Below the pieces are notes generated by a model. That model made no database searches, had not been told where the DNA came from, and saw only the letters and a list, made by a program, of their open reading frames with translations. From assembly GCF_009914755.1 (NCBI RefSeq), contig NC_060931.1: a DNA stretch of 64,000 nt. One strand, 5' to 3'. A program made the translations under genes and the position numbers. The first letter of the stretch is position 1, and the number at the start of each line of letters is the position of its first letter. Below, in pieces: positions 51,506 through 64,000 of this stretch. The stretch is from the human T2T-CHM13v2.0 reference genome, Homo sapiens.

Positions 51506-52087
51506 CAGCCATTGGCCCAAGTTGTTCAACTGTCAGTTCCATCATGGCAGAAGCCTTGTCACCCATTGGAAAGAAACCCTCTACAAGGGTTACACCCCTG
51601 TTGGTATCCATACTTAGGACTAAGAAAGAGCCTTGTGGTAGACAGCTTTCTACTCTACCCTCTTCCCCATTTCTGACCAAAATCTTCCATGTCTTCCTAA
51701 AATGCTCCCTGCAAAGTTGAGCAGAGGGCCTTTCCACATTGCAAACACACACCCTGTTTTATATTAGGAAACTCTGCAATGTCTCCATACTCCTCTGAGT
51801 GGAACTGAGAATTACTGAAAAGACAAGATAGTTAGTGAAAAATTTTGAGCATCAACTATGTGCCAGGCATTCTGCCAGTTCTGGGGAATATGACAGTTTT
51901 CAAGACAGACAATGTCTGCATTTTTCTCTGTTGAGCAATACATGTCAACGATGAAGATAAACTCCATCAGAGCAACCTGCCAGCACCTGAATGGGAGATT
52001 TTGTTCTTGAGTATTTCCCACAAGTTCTACCAGCAGATGAAATCGTCCCCCACCTAATCAAATTTTCCTCTTCCCTCATGCCTAGAC

Positions 52088-52257
52088 CAGTGATTCTCAG
52101 TGTTCACTTTCATTGGAATCACCTGTGGAGGTTTAAAATGCATTGATGCTCATCTTCCTGAAGTTTTGATGTAATTGGTCTGAGGTATGAGCTGGAATGG
52201 GGATTTTTAAAAACTCCCCAAGTGAATCCAATGAGCAGTCAGTGTTAAGCACCAAGA
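52088..52257. mobile_element. MER5A-type hAT element
   Basis: CAGTGATTCTCA...ATTGGAATCACCTG...TTTTTAAAAACTCCCCAAGTGA; flanks CCTAGAC/ACTAGAC. Confidence 0.8.
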
Positions 52258-52500
52258 CTAGACTCACATCATTTCATTTTCCCCCTGGCTGTTTCCAAAT
52301 ATCAGGCTGTAGCCCATCTAGCCCCTGGCAATGTCTTCTCTATTATGACCTGTGATGTGTCCTCTCGCCTGGCTTCTGCCCAGCGTGTGGGTGCCCCATA
52401 TGTTTGCCAAATGAACTGGACTGAAACAATATCTTCTAATACTAAGAGTGATCTAGTTTCTCTAGAAGACTGCAGATGTCAGGAAAACATTGTGGGTAGC

Positions 52501-53120
52501 TGTATTAGGTTTCCATTGCTGCCACAGTGAGTTACTACCAATTTAGCAGCTGAAAATAATACCCATTTATTATCTTGCAGTTGTGTGGGTTAGAAGTGTG
52601 AATTGGTCTCACAAGCTAAAATCAAGGTGTGGGCAGGGCTGCACAAGGAGGCAGGGGCCCTTGTGGAAAATGTGCTTCCAGTTTCATTCAAGTGGTTGTA
52701 GGACTGAGGTCCCCACTTCATTCCCGGCTGTTGATCAGGGTCATTGTCAGCTTCCAGAGGCTGCCTGCATTATTTGAGTCATTGCCCTTTTCCTCTTTCT
52801 TCAAAGCCAGCAGTATGGGTTGAGTCTTTCTCATGTTTCACATCTCTCTGACCTCCCGTTAGCTCATCTGTCCCCTGCCTCCCTCTTCCACCACCTTCTT
52901 CTGGTTCCCTCTTTTGCCTTCCTCTTCTGCTTCTCAGGACCCAAGTGATTGCGTAGGGTCCAACTGGATGATTCAGGATAATCTCCCTATTTTAAAGTCA
53001 GCTGACCAGTAACCTTAATTCATCTGCAAAGTCCCTTCATAGCATCACCTAGATTTGTGTTGAATTGAATGACTGGTGGGTAAAAATCTTGGGGACATCT
53101 TTAGAATTCTGCCTACTACA
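52501..53120 (-). mobile_element. MaLR solo LTR (MLT1E/D-like)
   Basis: TGTATTAGGTTTCCATTGCTGCC...CAGGATAATCTCCCTATTTTAAAGTCAGCTGA...AGAATTCTGCCTACTACA; TSD GTAGC/GTAGT. Confidence 0.85.
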
Positions 53121-53747
53121 GTAGTGATTTTTAGAGAGATCACGGAACCCCTTTGCGGACAGTAAGTTGCTAGAGGTCAGGGCTAGGGTCAACCGCAGTA
53201 GATGAATGTTTTGAAATCATTATTTTAGTCGTGGCCATAGATGTCTACAGATGACAGACCCTGTGGCTAATAGAGCAGATCTGGGGAGAATAGACTCATG
53301 TTTATCCTGGGCTTTACAGTTTACAAACAGCTTTTTTAGAATTGGCTTAGATGTTTGAATACCGGGCTGTATGCAGAGGGCAGGCAGGGGATCTCAGAGG
53401 TGCCTCAGGAATTGCTGAAAGGTGGGGAGTGTTTAAATACCGGAGGGGTTAAACTGGCAGGCACACTCTTCCTCAGCCCTAAATCTGCTTTGATGTGTTT
53501 TGGATAATGGACTCCAGTACAAAAGACTTCTGAGGATACATCAGAAAATCTTTTTTTTGCTCTAGTGCAATTTCATTTTGACCCTCAAATACTATGCTTC
53601 AGCTTGATTATTTTTTAAAGACAGCAGACATGGCACTGAACATCTTGGGTTTTTCCTAAAAATCATAGTATGGTACCATGAAGTGTATTCAAAATGATGT
53701 GCCTATGCTGAATGCAACTGCAAAAGAATTTCCCACACACATAGATA

Positions 53748-53751
<4 letters not shown>

Positions 53752-53799
<48 letters not shown>
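53752..53799. repeat. (TG)24 perfect microsatellite
   Basis: counted directly. Confidence 0.97.
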
Positions 53800-53800
<1 letters not shown>

Positions 53801-54989
53801 AGACCTCCTTAACATAAGCCTAAGTCCCATATAGGAGTCCACTTTGAAGAGGATGAGACTCATTTGGATGGATATACTTTTCTACCATATTTGTTAGGAA
53901 AAAAGTCACCTAATTTTTACCATCACGACTCATATTTAGGTTTTGATAGATTTAATAAAGGCCTTAAGATCACTGGAAAAAGGACAAAGAGGAAATGGAA
54001 AATACTCTGGGTCCATGGCATGTTATCAACCAAAATATTAAAGTTGTACATTGCTAAGCTTTCAGACTTTTCTCTTGCATTTGGAAAAGGATGGGTTTTC
54101 CTTCTGGCTGCAGAATTTACAGTATTATTGAAGCTAGCTGTTATTTCAGTGAGAACTCTGCTCTCTATAAGAAAAGCATTAGCAGTGAGAAGTTAGTGAA
54201 GTAGTTGATTTGGGGGTATTTCCTAGAGAGAAAATAACACTTTTTTTCCCCTTGAAGTGTCTTTTCTTCCCTTGAAGTGTTCCTGGTGTGGTCTTGCTTT
54301 ATCTGGGGGGTGGGGTGCTGGAGAAGGAGGGGTAACTTGATTGTAGGGGGATGTCAGGCCAGGGAAATGGATGGGAGAAGAGCCGGCTTAGGATGCTGCT
54401 TCTAGTCCCCCTCCCCTCGCTGTGCACACACAGACACATGCACATCAGTGGTCAGTTTAGCTGCAATATTCACAGCACATTTGCTGGGGTTCAATTGATC
54501 ACTGCACACAAGAGATAGAGTCAGCAAGGATGTGGTGCGGAGAGGCCAGGGGCTTGGGGGCTTCCGCTCTCACACATCTTCAAGCCCCATTTTGAAATGG
54601 TTTGAATTAATGACACTTATTCAGACAGACAAAGGAGGTAAATGGAAATATTAGACAAGGCTTTGCACCTACTTTGCTCAACATTTCCCGTCACCTTGAG
54701 TGCTGGAAACACTCCACAGTCTTGCTCAGCCTGACCCAGGAGCCGCATGAGCTCACATGCTGCTCGCAGACTAAAGCCAAGGACCCTATTAGCGGAGGTT
54801 CACTAGACCAGTCTCAGGGACCTGAGCCCCTGTCCTCCAGCATCAGGGCTGCCCTCTTTGGGGGTGCCAATCCTCTCACCGATTTTATCATTTTTGTGCT
54901 ATTTTGCTGGCAGTGCATGGAGTAAGGGCACCATTGAAAAACTCATACCAAGTGGCATTTGAGTTTGCTGGCTGGGCTGCCAAGCATCA

Positions 54990-55105
54990 CCAAGCCAACA
55001 AAGTGAGGGCTAGGAGTCAGAGCTCGGCTTGAATCCTCACTTTGCCATTCACTATGCGTGTGACTTTCATCAAGCCACTTACACACTCTGAATTCATCAG
55101 CCACA
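54990..55105 (+). mobile_element. MIR
   Basis: GGCTAGGAGTCAGAGCTCGGCTTGAATCCTCACTTTGCCATTCACTATGCGTGTGACTT. Confidence 0.65.
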
Positions 55106-55689
55106 CAGGATCCTGTGAGGCTTCACCGAGACAAGCTGCGTCAAATGCGTGTAGGAGCATGTGCTCCCGAGTCCTTCTGCCTTTGTCTTCCTGGTCCACC
55201 TCTGCTTCCTTACCAGATAAGCTGGAGCACAGGTCGTGGGACCCTACAGGGAAGCAGAATCTCTAGAGCTACTTGATCTGGCAGGATATGCTCATTTGCA
55301 GAGTTTGAACTTGACATTGATGGCCTGCAAAGCCATTCTTTAGCCAAGCCTAGGAATTTGTTCCCAGGGAAGCAGCTGGCTTTGTTTTTTTGTTTGTTTG
55401 TTTGTTTTTCCCTGCTGGGCTGTGAAAAGCTATCCCATTTCACCCTCCTTCCACAGGTAAGGGGCAAGAGTCCCCAGGGTAGGCAGGTGGGGAACAAAGG
55501 ATTGCAGTACAGATTGAGTGGATGCAGGGCCCCTTTGTTTCATGGCCTACTGTGTGAAGGGAGTGAATGGGAGGCAAAGGCCTGCCAATGAGTAGATTAA
55601 TTTCACCCTGTCTGCTCCTAGGACTTGCTGTGGGAAACTGCTCTGGCTTCCTGTGTGACACCTCTCTTGCCTATTTTGTGTACACTGGG

Positions 55690-55920
55690 GAGTAGAATAG
55701 AGCATGATCCGGAGTTGGATGGCCCAGGTTCCAATCCAGGCCTCTTGTAGTTCCTGGCTGTATGATCTTGGGCAAGTTACTCAACCACTCTGTGCTTAAG
55801 TTTTCACATCTGCTAAATCGAGATAGTAATACAATGCCTGCCTCAGTGTGGTTACAGAGATTACATGAGCAGTATTTAACTTAGTAAGTATTCAATATGT
55901 GTTGACATTTTTATTTGTTA
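55690..55920 (+). mobile_element. MIR
   Basis: GGCTGTATGATCTTGGGCAAGTTACTCAACCACTCTGTGCTTAAGTTTTCACATCTG. Confidence 0.85.
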
Positions 55921-57604
55921 TTTATCTGTGGCATCATGTCTCCTTAGATTCTAATTTATGCAATTAAAAAATGCATATAGTAGACTTTCTATGCAAACTG
56001 ATAGTTTTGCAATATCGACAGGTTATTGATTTGGTTCCAGCACCCATTGTCAGGACTGTGAATGAACAAATCTGCTAAGCCTTGATTCCCCAAGACCTGC
56101 TCTGTTCACATGTCAGGTGAACCTTTGGCTGACTTTCCCAAGACTGAGCTATAAAACTCCTTTTACAGACTGAAAGATTTTTATTCTGAAAATATTATTT
56201 TCACTTTCCTTTCCACAGGGGGTTTACTCTTCTCTAGTGGGCCAATCTGAGTTTTCTTTCAGATTCCATGTTTTTAGTGTAAATGTTCTGAGGGGAAAAG
56301 TATACGGTCAGATGAAAGAGCACAGGCTGAGTTCTGGGTGTGTGTATGTTAGTGGAGGTTTTCAAATGCAAATATTTGATAAAAGTATGTGGTTTTGTTT
56401 ATTTTATGTATATCTATATATTAGAAATGTTAACTTGAACTGAACCGTTTAACACGCTTAATCCGAGGCAGATGGAATGGTCAGTGAATTATTTTTGTAA
56501 ACCACTTCTGTTGGCATTCAGAGCTTCCTTTCGTATTGATTCCATTCTGGCCGACCACTCGAGGTTTCACCAAAATAAGCTGGTGCCAGACTCCACTTCA
56601 ATGACATATGTGTTTGTTCCCCTGAAACACAACACAATTGCACATTTCTCCAGCCCATAGAACTGCTTTTGTAACTAATTAGACCAGACAGGGTGCTGCG
56701 GAGAAACCACGGACACAGCACTGCATCCTGATGGATATTCATACGGGCTGGTCCTTTAACAAAGTGAACAATTGCCCAAATAATTATTTCCTGCTGTGGA
56801 CTCCCTCTTTTTTTAATGCTTGGTTTGTTAGATCCTATTTTTCTTCCTACTTTCCTGTTGACTGCAGCTAAATTGAATTTGGTCCAACCCATCTCACACT
56901 GGGTCAGCAAAAATGCTTCACTCTGTTGGGGGAAAGGAGTTAACCCTTTGAATGCTGCCTTGGTAAAGGTAAATGAGGAATGAGATAGAAATGGAATATG
57001 TTATATTAGGATCATGATCATTTTTGGTGAGGAATGTTTGTCACGTTTCATGTTGCTACTCAGAATACAGAGTTAGGGAAAGGTGAGCAAAGTATCACAA
57101 AGAAGGAGGGTATCTTTAACCAAAGGGCTTCTCTAGAAATGCAGTATATATTTCATGGGAAGGGCGGGTTGTCAGCAAAGTTTAGGACAACTAGAGTAAT
57201 CACCCTTGGGTAGCAAAATTAATAGAGTGGCCTGAATTAAAAAGGGGAGGGAAGGCAGCTTTAATTCATATCACATCTTAAAGCAATTAGTGGTGGGAGT
57301 ACACTTCTCATTTGTGGTTTTTCAGTGCTTGAAGGCTGAGAGGTGTTGTGTTGCTGAGATCATATGGCTGGGTCTGTTCAGTGCACAAGATCCCTCGTTG
57401 TCAAACCCAGGAAAGAGAAACAGCTGTGAGAAATGTTCTGGCCAACATCAGCAAGTGTGATTTTGTTGGGTGTGTTGCGGCTTCTGTCTTCTATTGTGTG
57501 AAAACTGTCCCCATCCGGTAAGAGTTTATGGGACTTGCTGTAAGCAGAGATGGTGTCAGAGGCTGTACTTGGCTGTCAGTCCCAGCTGGCCCAGAAATGT
57601 AGCT

Positions 57605-58215
57605 GATGTTTCTGCAGGTGGAATGTCTTGGTCAAAGCATTTTCCTTTTTGATGGAGAGTCTCAAATTTCCCTCCTTGGGTATTGCATGAAGTTTTACTT
57701 CCACTTGCAATATATGAGGCTACCTGTTTCCCCTAGCCACTCCACAGAAGCACGTAATCACACTTTAACATTTTTACCAATATGTATTTTAAAAATGGTC
57801 TCTCAGTTTTGTTTTAATATGAATTTCTCTTATAAGTGAGATAAACATCTGTTCATATGTTCCTGAGCCATATGTAATTTATTTCTGAACCATATCATCA
57901 TATCTTTTGCTAACTTTTCCACTGGATTTTTTTTCTCTGTATTTACAAAAGCTCTTTTAATATATCTTATACATATGTAAGGATATTAGCCCTTGATTTA
58001 TTGTGTAAATTTCACATTTTTCCCAATTTGTTGTCAAACTTTAGACATTTCTTATAGTGTTTTTTTTTTTGCTGTGCAAAGTTTTTTTAATATATAAAGT
58101 TTATGTGGTAGAATTCATCTGTACTTTTTTATGGCTTTTGGCTGTTAAGTCATAGTTACAAAAGCTTTCATTTTCTACTCTGAAGGTAAAGAAAAGAATT
58201 TTCCTATATTTTCTA
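57605..58215 (-). mobile_element. old L1 (L1MC/ME-type) ORF2 3' segment
   Basis: - strand reads ENIGKFF...TDEFYHI (compare LEENIG...IDKWDYIK). Confidence 0.7.
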
Positions 58216-58529
58216 CAAAAATGGCAAATGATAAAGGAAAATAAATAGAGGAAAAATTTTAAATCATAAAATCTGTTTGGTACAACTGTATACAAATAAA
58301 TTTGACATTTAGATGAAATGGTCAACTTTCCAGAAAAATGTAACTTTCCAAAACTGAACCCAGAAGAGAAAGAAAATCCAAACCAATATATTACCACAGA
58401 AGAAATAGGGGAAGTTTTCAGAGTAATCTGCTACATAAGCATGAGGCCCGGATGATTTCATAGGGGAATTATATCACATATATAAAGAAAAAAAATAACC
58501 CCATAACATAGAAAAAGCATAGCACATAG

Positions 58530-58913
<384 letters not shown>

Positions 58914-59645
58914 AGAGTTATCTTTCTTATAAATATTTATTTTAAAATCCTAAATTAAATATTAGAAAATATGATTCAACAACACGTTGAAACAATAATA
59001 TATCATATCTAAGTAGGTATTCTAGGAATGTGAGATTGTTTCAATATTAAGAAATATATAAATAAATTTATTATGTTAATCTAAGAAAAACTGTTTATTT
59101 TCATAGATGCTGAAAGATCATTTGACATAATCTCATATCCATTCTTGATAAAACATTCAATACATTAATAACAGATACTTCATTGACATCTATTAATATT
59201 TCAGGTCCAAATCCAGTATAAACCATGCTTAATGTTAATAGCATTCCCAGTAAATTCAGGAATATTATATAGATATCACTATTCTTTTTATCATTTTACT
59301 AGAAACACAAACTGATAGGATCAGAAAAGGGAAAATGTGATAGCTACAAAAATTGGAAAGAAGGAAATGTAACTATTGTTATTTGTAAAAGATAATTTAT
59401 CTGTAAAACCCAAAAGTGGCACCTGAAAAAGTTAAAAATGAGAAAATTCAGCAGTATGAGTGCAAATTAATAAAGATAAAAATCGATTATATATATAAAA
59501 TAACAATCAGAAAGTATAATGAAAAATTCCCATGTTTAATAGTAACAAAAGGGATAAACTTCTTACGAATAAGCTTCATAAAGATAACAAAAAATAAAGA
59601 TATGAAGGAAACTTCAAAATCACTTCTGAAGAGAGCATGAGTATG

Positions 59646-59647
<2 letters not shown>

Positions 59648-59675
<28 letters not shown>
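59648..59675. repeat. (CA)n microsatellite
   Basis: seen directly. Confidence 0.95.
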
Positions 59676-59678
<3 letters not shown>

Positions 59679-60184
59679 ACACAGAAGATACCTACCCATT
59701 CTTGCTTAGGGAGACAACACCATAAAGTTATCAATTTTCACTAATTACAAATTTAACATGATTATAACAAAAAAGAGCCCACTGGTTTTATTGAAAAAAA
59801 TACTGAGATAACTATAAAGCAAGAAAAGCAGGAAAAATTCAGAAAAAATAGGCCAATGGAGTGAGGTATCCTATCATATATTAAATTATATTATAACTGC
59901 TCAGCATTGATGCATGCATGAATAAGCAGACAGAAGAATGGGACAAAATGAGAAGTCCAAAAATAAAGGAATTTATGGGAATTTAATATATGCAAAATTT
60001 AATACATGCAATATATGGGAATTTAATATATGGGAGGAAGCATGTACTCCTCAATAAATGGTGTTGGGACAAATTATAAAATGGGTAGCCAAGTGGGAAG
60101 AGATATATTTATATCTACACCGCATGTCATATAGAAGAATAACTTTCAAACAGGTCAAAATTTAAATGTAAAAAAGTATTATGT

Positions 60185-60392
60185 AACTGGTATTTATTGT
60201 TTTTTGCTCAATGGTAAGTATATTATGAACACAGGGCCATGTCAAGAAATAAGTTCTATACTTCTGCCATTTCATTTTTAATATTTGCATAGTACTTCAC
60301 TTAACAAAGTATCATAATTTGTTTAACTGCTGTTGATAGACATTCTAGGATGTTTACAATTTTTTACTTTTATACACAAAGCTTAAATGACT
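60185..60392 (-). mobile_element. L1ME-type 3' fragment
   Basis: TTGCATAGTACTTCAC...CATAATTTGTTTAAC...TGTTGATAGACATTCTAGGATGTTTACAATTTTT. Confidence 0.6.
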
Positions 60393-60458
60393 GCTTATGA
60401 CTATTTGGGGATTAGTTAACAGAGCAACACAACAAATTTCTCAAAACTGAATTTTGGT

Positions 60459-60911
60459 TCTATTAGTGTTCTACAGCTGCTGTAAGAAATTACCACAAAT
60501 GTGGTTGCTTAAAACAACAGGAATGTATTCTCTCACAGCTCTGGAGGCCAGAAGTCCAACATCACTACCACTGTACCAGAATCAAGGTGGAGGTGGGGCC
60601 ACACTCACTCTGGAGGATCTAGCCTCTTCCTCTCCTCTGCCAGCTTCTGGTGGCTTCTGGCATTCCTTGGAGGTGACCACAGCTCTCTGATCTCTACCTC
60701 TGTGATCACATTGCTTTCTCTTCTGTGATCAAATAATCCAGGATAATCTCTCCATCTCAAGATCCTTAACCTAATCACATCTGCATGGTCCTTTTTTTTA
60801 AAAAAAAAGAATTAATATAAGGTAACATTCACAGGTTCCAGAAATTACAACTTGGAACTCTTAAATTTTTTTTTTAATTCTTAAGGAGGGGCCATTCTTT
60901 AGCCTATGACA
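60459..60911 (-). mobile_element. MLT1C solo LTR
   Basis: GCTGCTGTAAGAAATTACCACAAATG..GCTTAAAACAACAG...ATAATCCAGGATAATCTCTCCATCTCAAGATCCTTAAC. Confidence 0.85.
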
Positions 60912-61879
60912 GTTACCTATGTTCTTGGACATTTGAAGATTGTTCCAACCATGGAGAAATTATCAGCAGTGTTAATTTCTTTGCAGATTCTAAACTCTTG
61001 CTAAATTACTGGGTTCCTTCTTACTTCTTCCCTCTCCTCCCCTTTGCCTCAAGCTTCCCTAATTCCTGCTTATCCAGGATACACGTTAGGTATTCCCTGG
61101 TCTTGCTGTAGGTCATATGCTCATGCCCCCAGGGCTCTTTTTCCAAGGGCACATCATAATGTTCTGTTTCTGTCTTTCCTGAGAGGGTTTCTCTTTGGTG
61201 TTAAACAGACACATGTTCCTCTCAGCCTCAGCTGGTGTGGCTATGGAGTTGATCTTCGCCACCACACTACATGCCACACTCTAGTACTTCTTCAGTTGTT
61301 TCTCTTGCAGTTTCTAAACAATTGTATTATTTACAATAACAATAGCACTGTCTCCCCCTTTCTCCAACCCGTATACTTCAGGTCTTGGAAACTTTAACAG
61401 AAAGGAAAAATAAAAACTGCTTACAGATCGCGTGTCCCCTGCAAAGTCCCAAATCCTGGGCTTTGTTTTTCATGCTAGGCAGTCCTTATCTACTTATCAT
61501 TCACACTCTTGTTTGGCTTCTGCAAAGCTGGGAACCAGGGAGCCCTGTGACCCTGGGGGACTGAGAGCTTTGCTGGAAATCCTGCTGATTAGACCATGGG
61601 TGCTGGGATCTACTGTCAGCTTCCTACTTACTCTGCATCCCATCTTGGCAGCCTCCACATTTGTCAGCAGGGATGTTTGTTTAATAGGTCAACGACACAG
61701 TCCCCAGCCCTGGGACAGCTTCTGAGAATACATTAGCAGGAAATACAATGGCAAATCCAGTCCAAGATATGGTGAGGTGCAGGCCCATGTCACCCTGACT
61801 TTCTTTGTAAACCCTTCCAGCATCTGTGTAGAAACTTCCTTTATTTCTTTACTTCTCAACTCACTGTGATCCAATGTAA

Positions 61880-62110
61880 AGAACCTAAGGTTTGGCGTCA
61901 AACAAGCTCGTATTTACATCCCTGATCTTCCACTGATAGAGCTATAATTTTGTCCAAATTACATAATCTAGTAATTGAGCCTCAGTTTCCCAGTGAGGGA
62001 AATGGGCCCAATAAAATTGTGACATAGGTTGCTGTGAGGACTCGAGGAGACAATGGATGGCACACATCTAGCACAATTCCTTCCTGTTGAAGGAAGCACC
62101 TCAACACATA
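61880..62110 (+). mobile_element. MIR
   Basis: TGAGCCTCAGTTTCCCAGTGAGGGAAATGGG...ATAGGTTGCTGTGAGGA. Confidence 0.7.
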
Positions 62111-62489
62111 TTCCCCCTTTTTTCATGCTCAACCTTAAGCATTACTTTTCATTCTGTATTCTTCCCCGTAAAGTTCAAAGCCTCCCTCTTAGACTATACT
62201 CATAACCTGCCAGTCAGACCGTAAGTGAAGGGGGTAGAGATGGACTAAAATTTGAAAGTAAATAAATTTTTTAAAATGTGCCTAAGAATTCATCACTTAT
62301 GGATTTGTCTTAAAAAATAATAATTGGGGAACAAGGAGACATACACAAGAATAGTAAGTTATAAGTACATACGTATAAATATATACTTAGGTAGCAACAT
62401 TATGTTAATAGTTGATATTTCTATTTATTTAGTCAGATACTACACCAAAGGCCATACATGCATTTTCTCATTTAATTCAACCATTTTTT

Positions 62490-63700
<1,211 letters not shown>

Positions 63701-64000
63701 CTGAGCTCTGTTCAATTATTATAAACTCTGCAGTTAGACCTGCTATGTGAAAGACACCAAGGGTCACAAATAATAGGCAGTTATGGCCTCAAAAGGAATT
63801 TATAATTTAGTTGTGGGACAAGATATTCAAATAAAACTATAGTCAATAACACAAGCTGTCTATGATGAGTGTCAACACTTGGCACAAAAAATAGGTGATT
63901 TCACTTTGGCTATCAGGAAACAGAGCAAGCAGCACAAGTGAATGCTGAATCACGGTGACCAGATTCGCTTAGGCGACTCCTGGAAATGCGGAATATTAGG

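Noticed and set aside
54241-54281. Small tandem duplications (also ~24410-24455, 41794-41818, 42230-42251, 59968-60033)
   Set aside because: Ordinary slippage-scale duplications common in mammalian DNA.
56685-56722. Partial REST/RE1-like sequence (GGTGCTG..ACCACGGACA)
   Set aside because: Half-sites have the wrong orientation and the left half matches poorly.
63945-64000. Rising CpG density at the window edge
   Set aside because: Only ~55 bp are visible, too little to call a CpG island or promoter.

Overview
This is primate DNA, almost certainly human: it carries AluJ, AluS, AluY and FLAM elements plus THE1 and L1PA-type 3' ends. I recognised no intact protein-coding exon, RNA gene or full CpG island and could not name the locus. 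The window is a repeat-rich intronic or intergenic stretch: 13 Alu-family elements, MaLR and ERV1 solo LTRs, L1, L2 and MIR relics, and hAT DNA transposons including a Zaphod-like fossil with a readable transposase C-terminus. Most L1 and LTR copies lie on the - strand, which weakly suggests a large intron of a + strand gene. The provided ORFs are repeat-derived or of chance length. The observations that repeats do not explain are: (1) a decayed tandem C2H2 zinc-finger array at ~51.0-51.6 kb; (2) a 227-bp templated insertion copied from 3.4 kb away and flanked by a perfect 13-bp duplication; (3) a cluster of palindromic and iterated micro-duplications at ~26.9-27.2 kb; (4) an old L1 whose ORF2 is split by an internal inversion; (5) several CpG-retaining, motif-rich candidate enhancers. 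I see no evidence of a new functional biological system; the zinc-finger fossil is the best lead. Repeat subfamily names come from remembered consensus sequences and boundaries are approximate.
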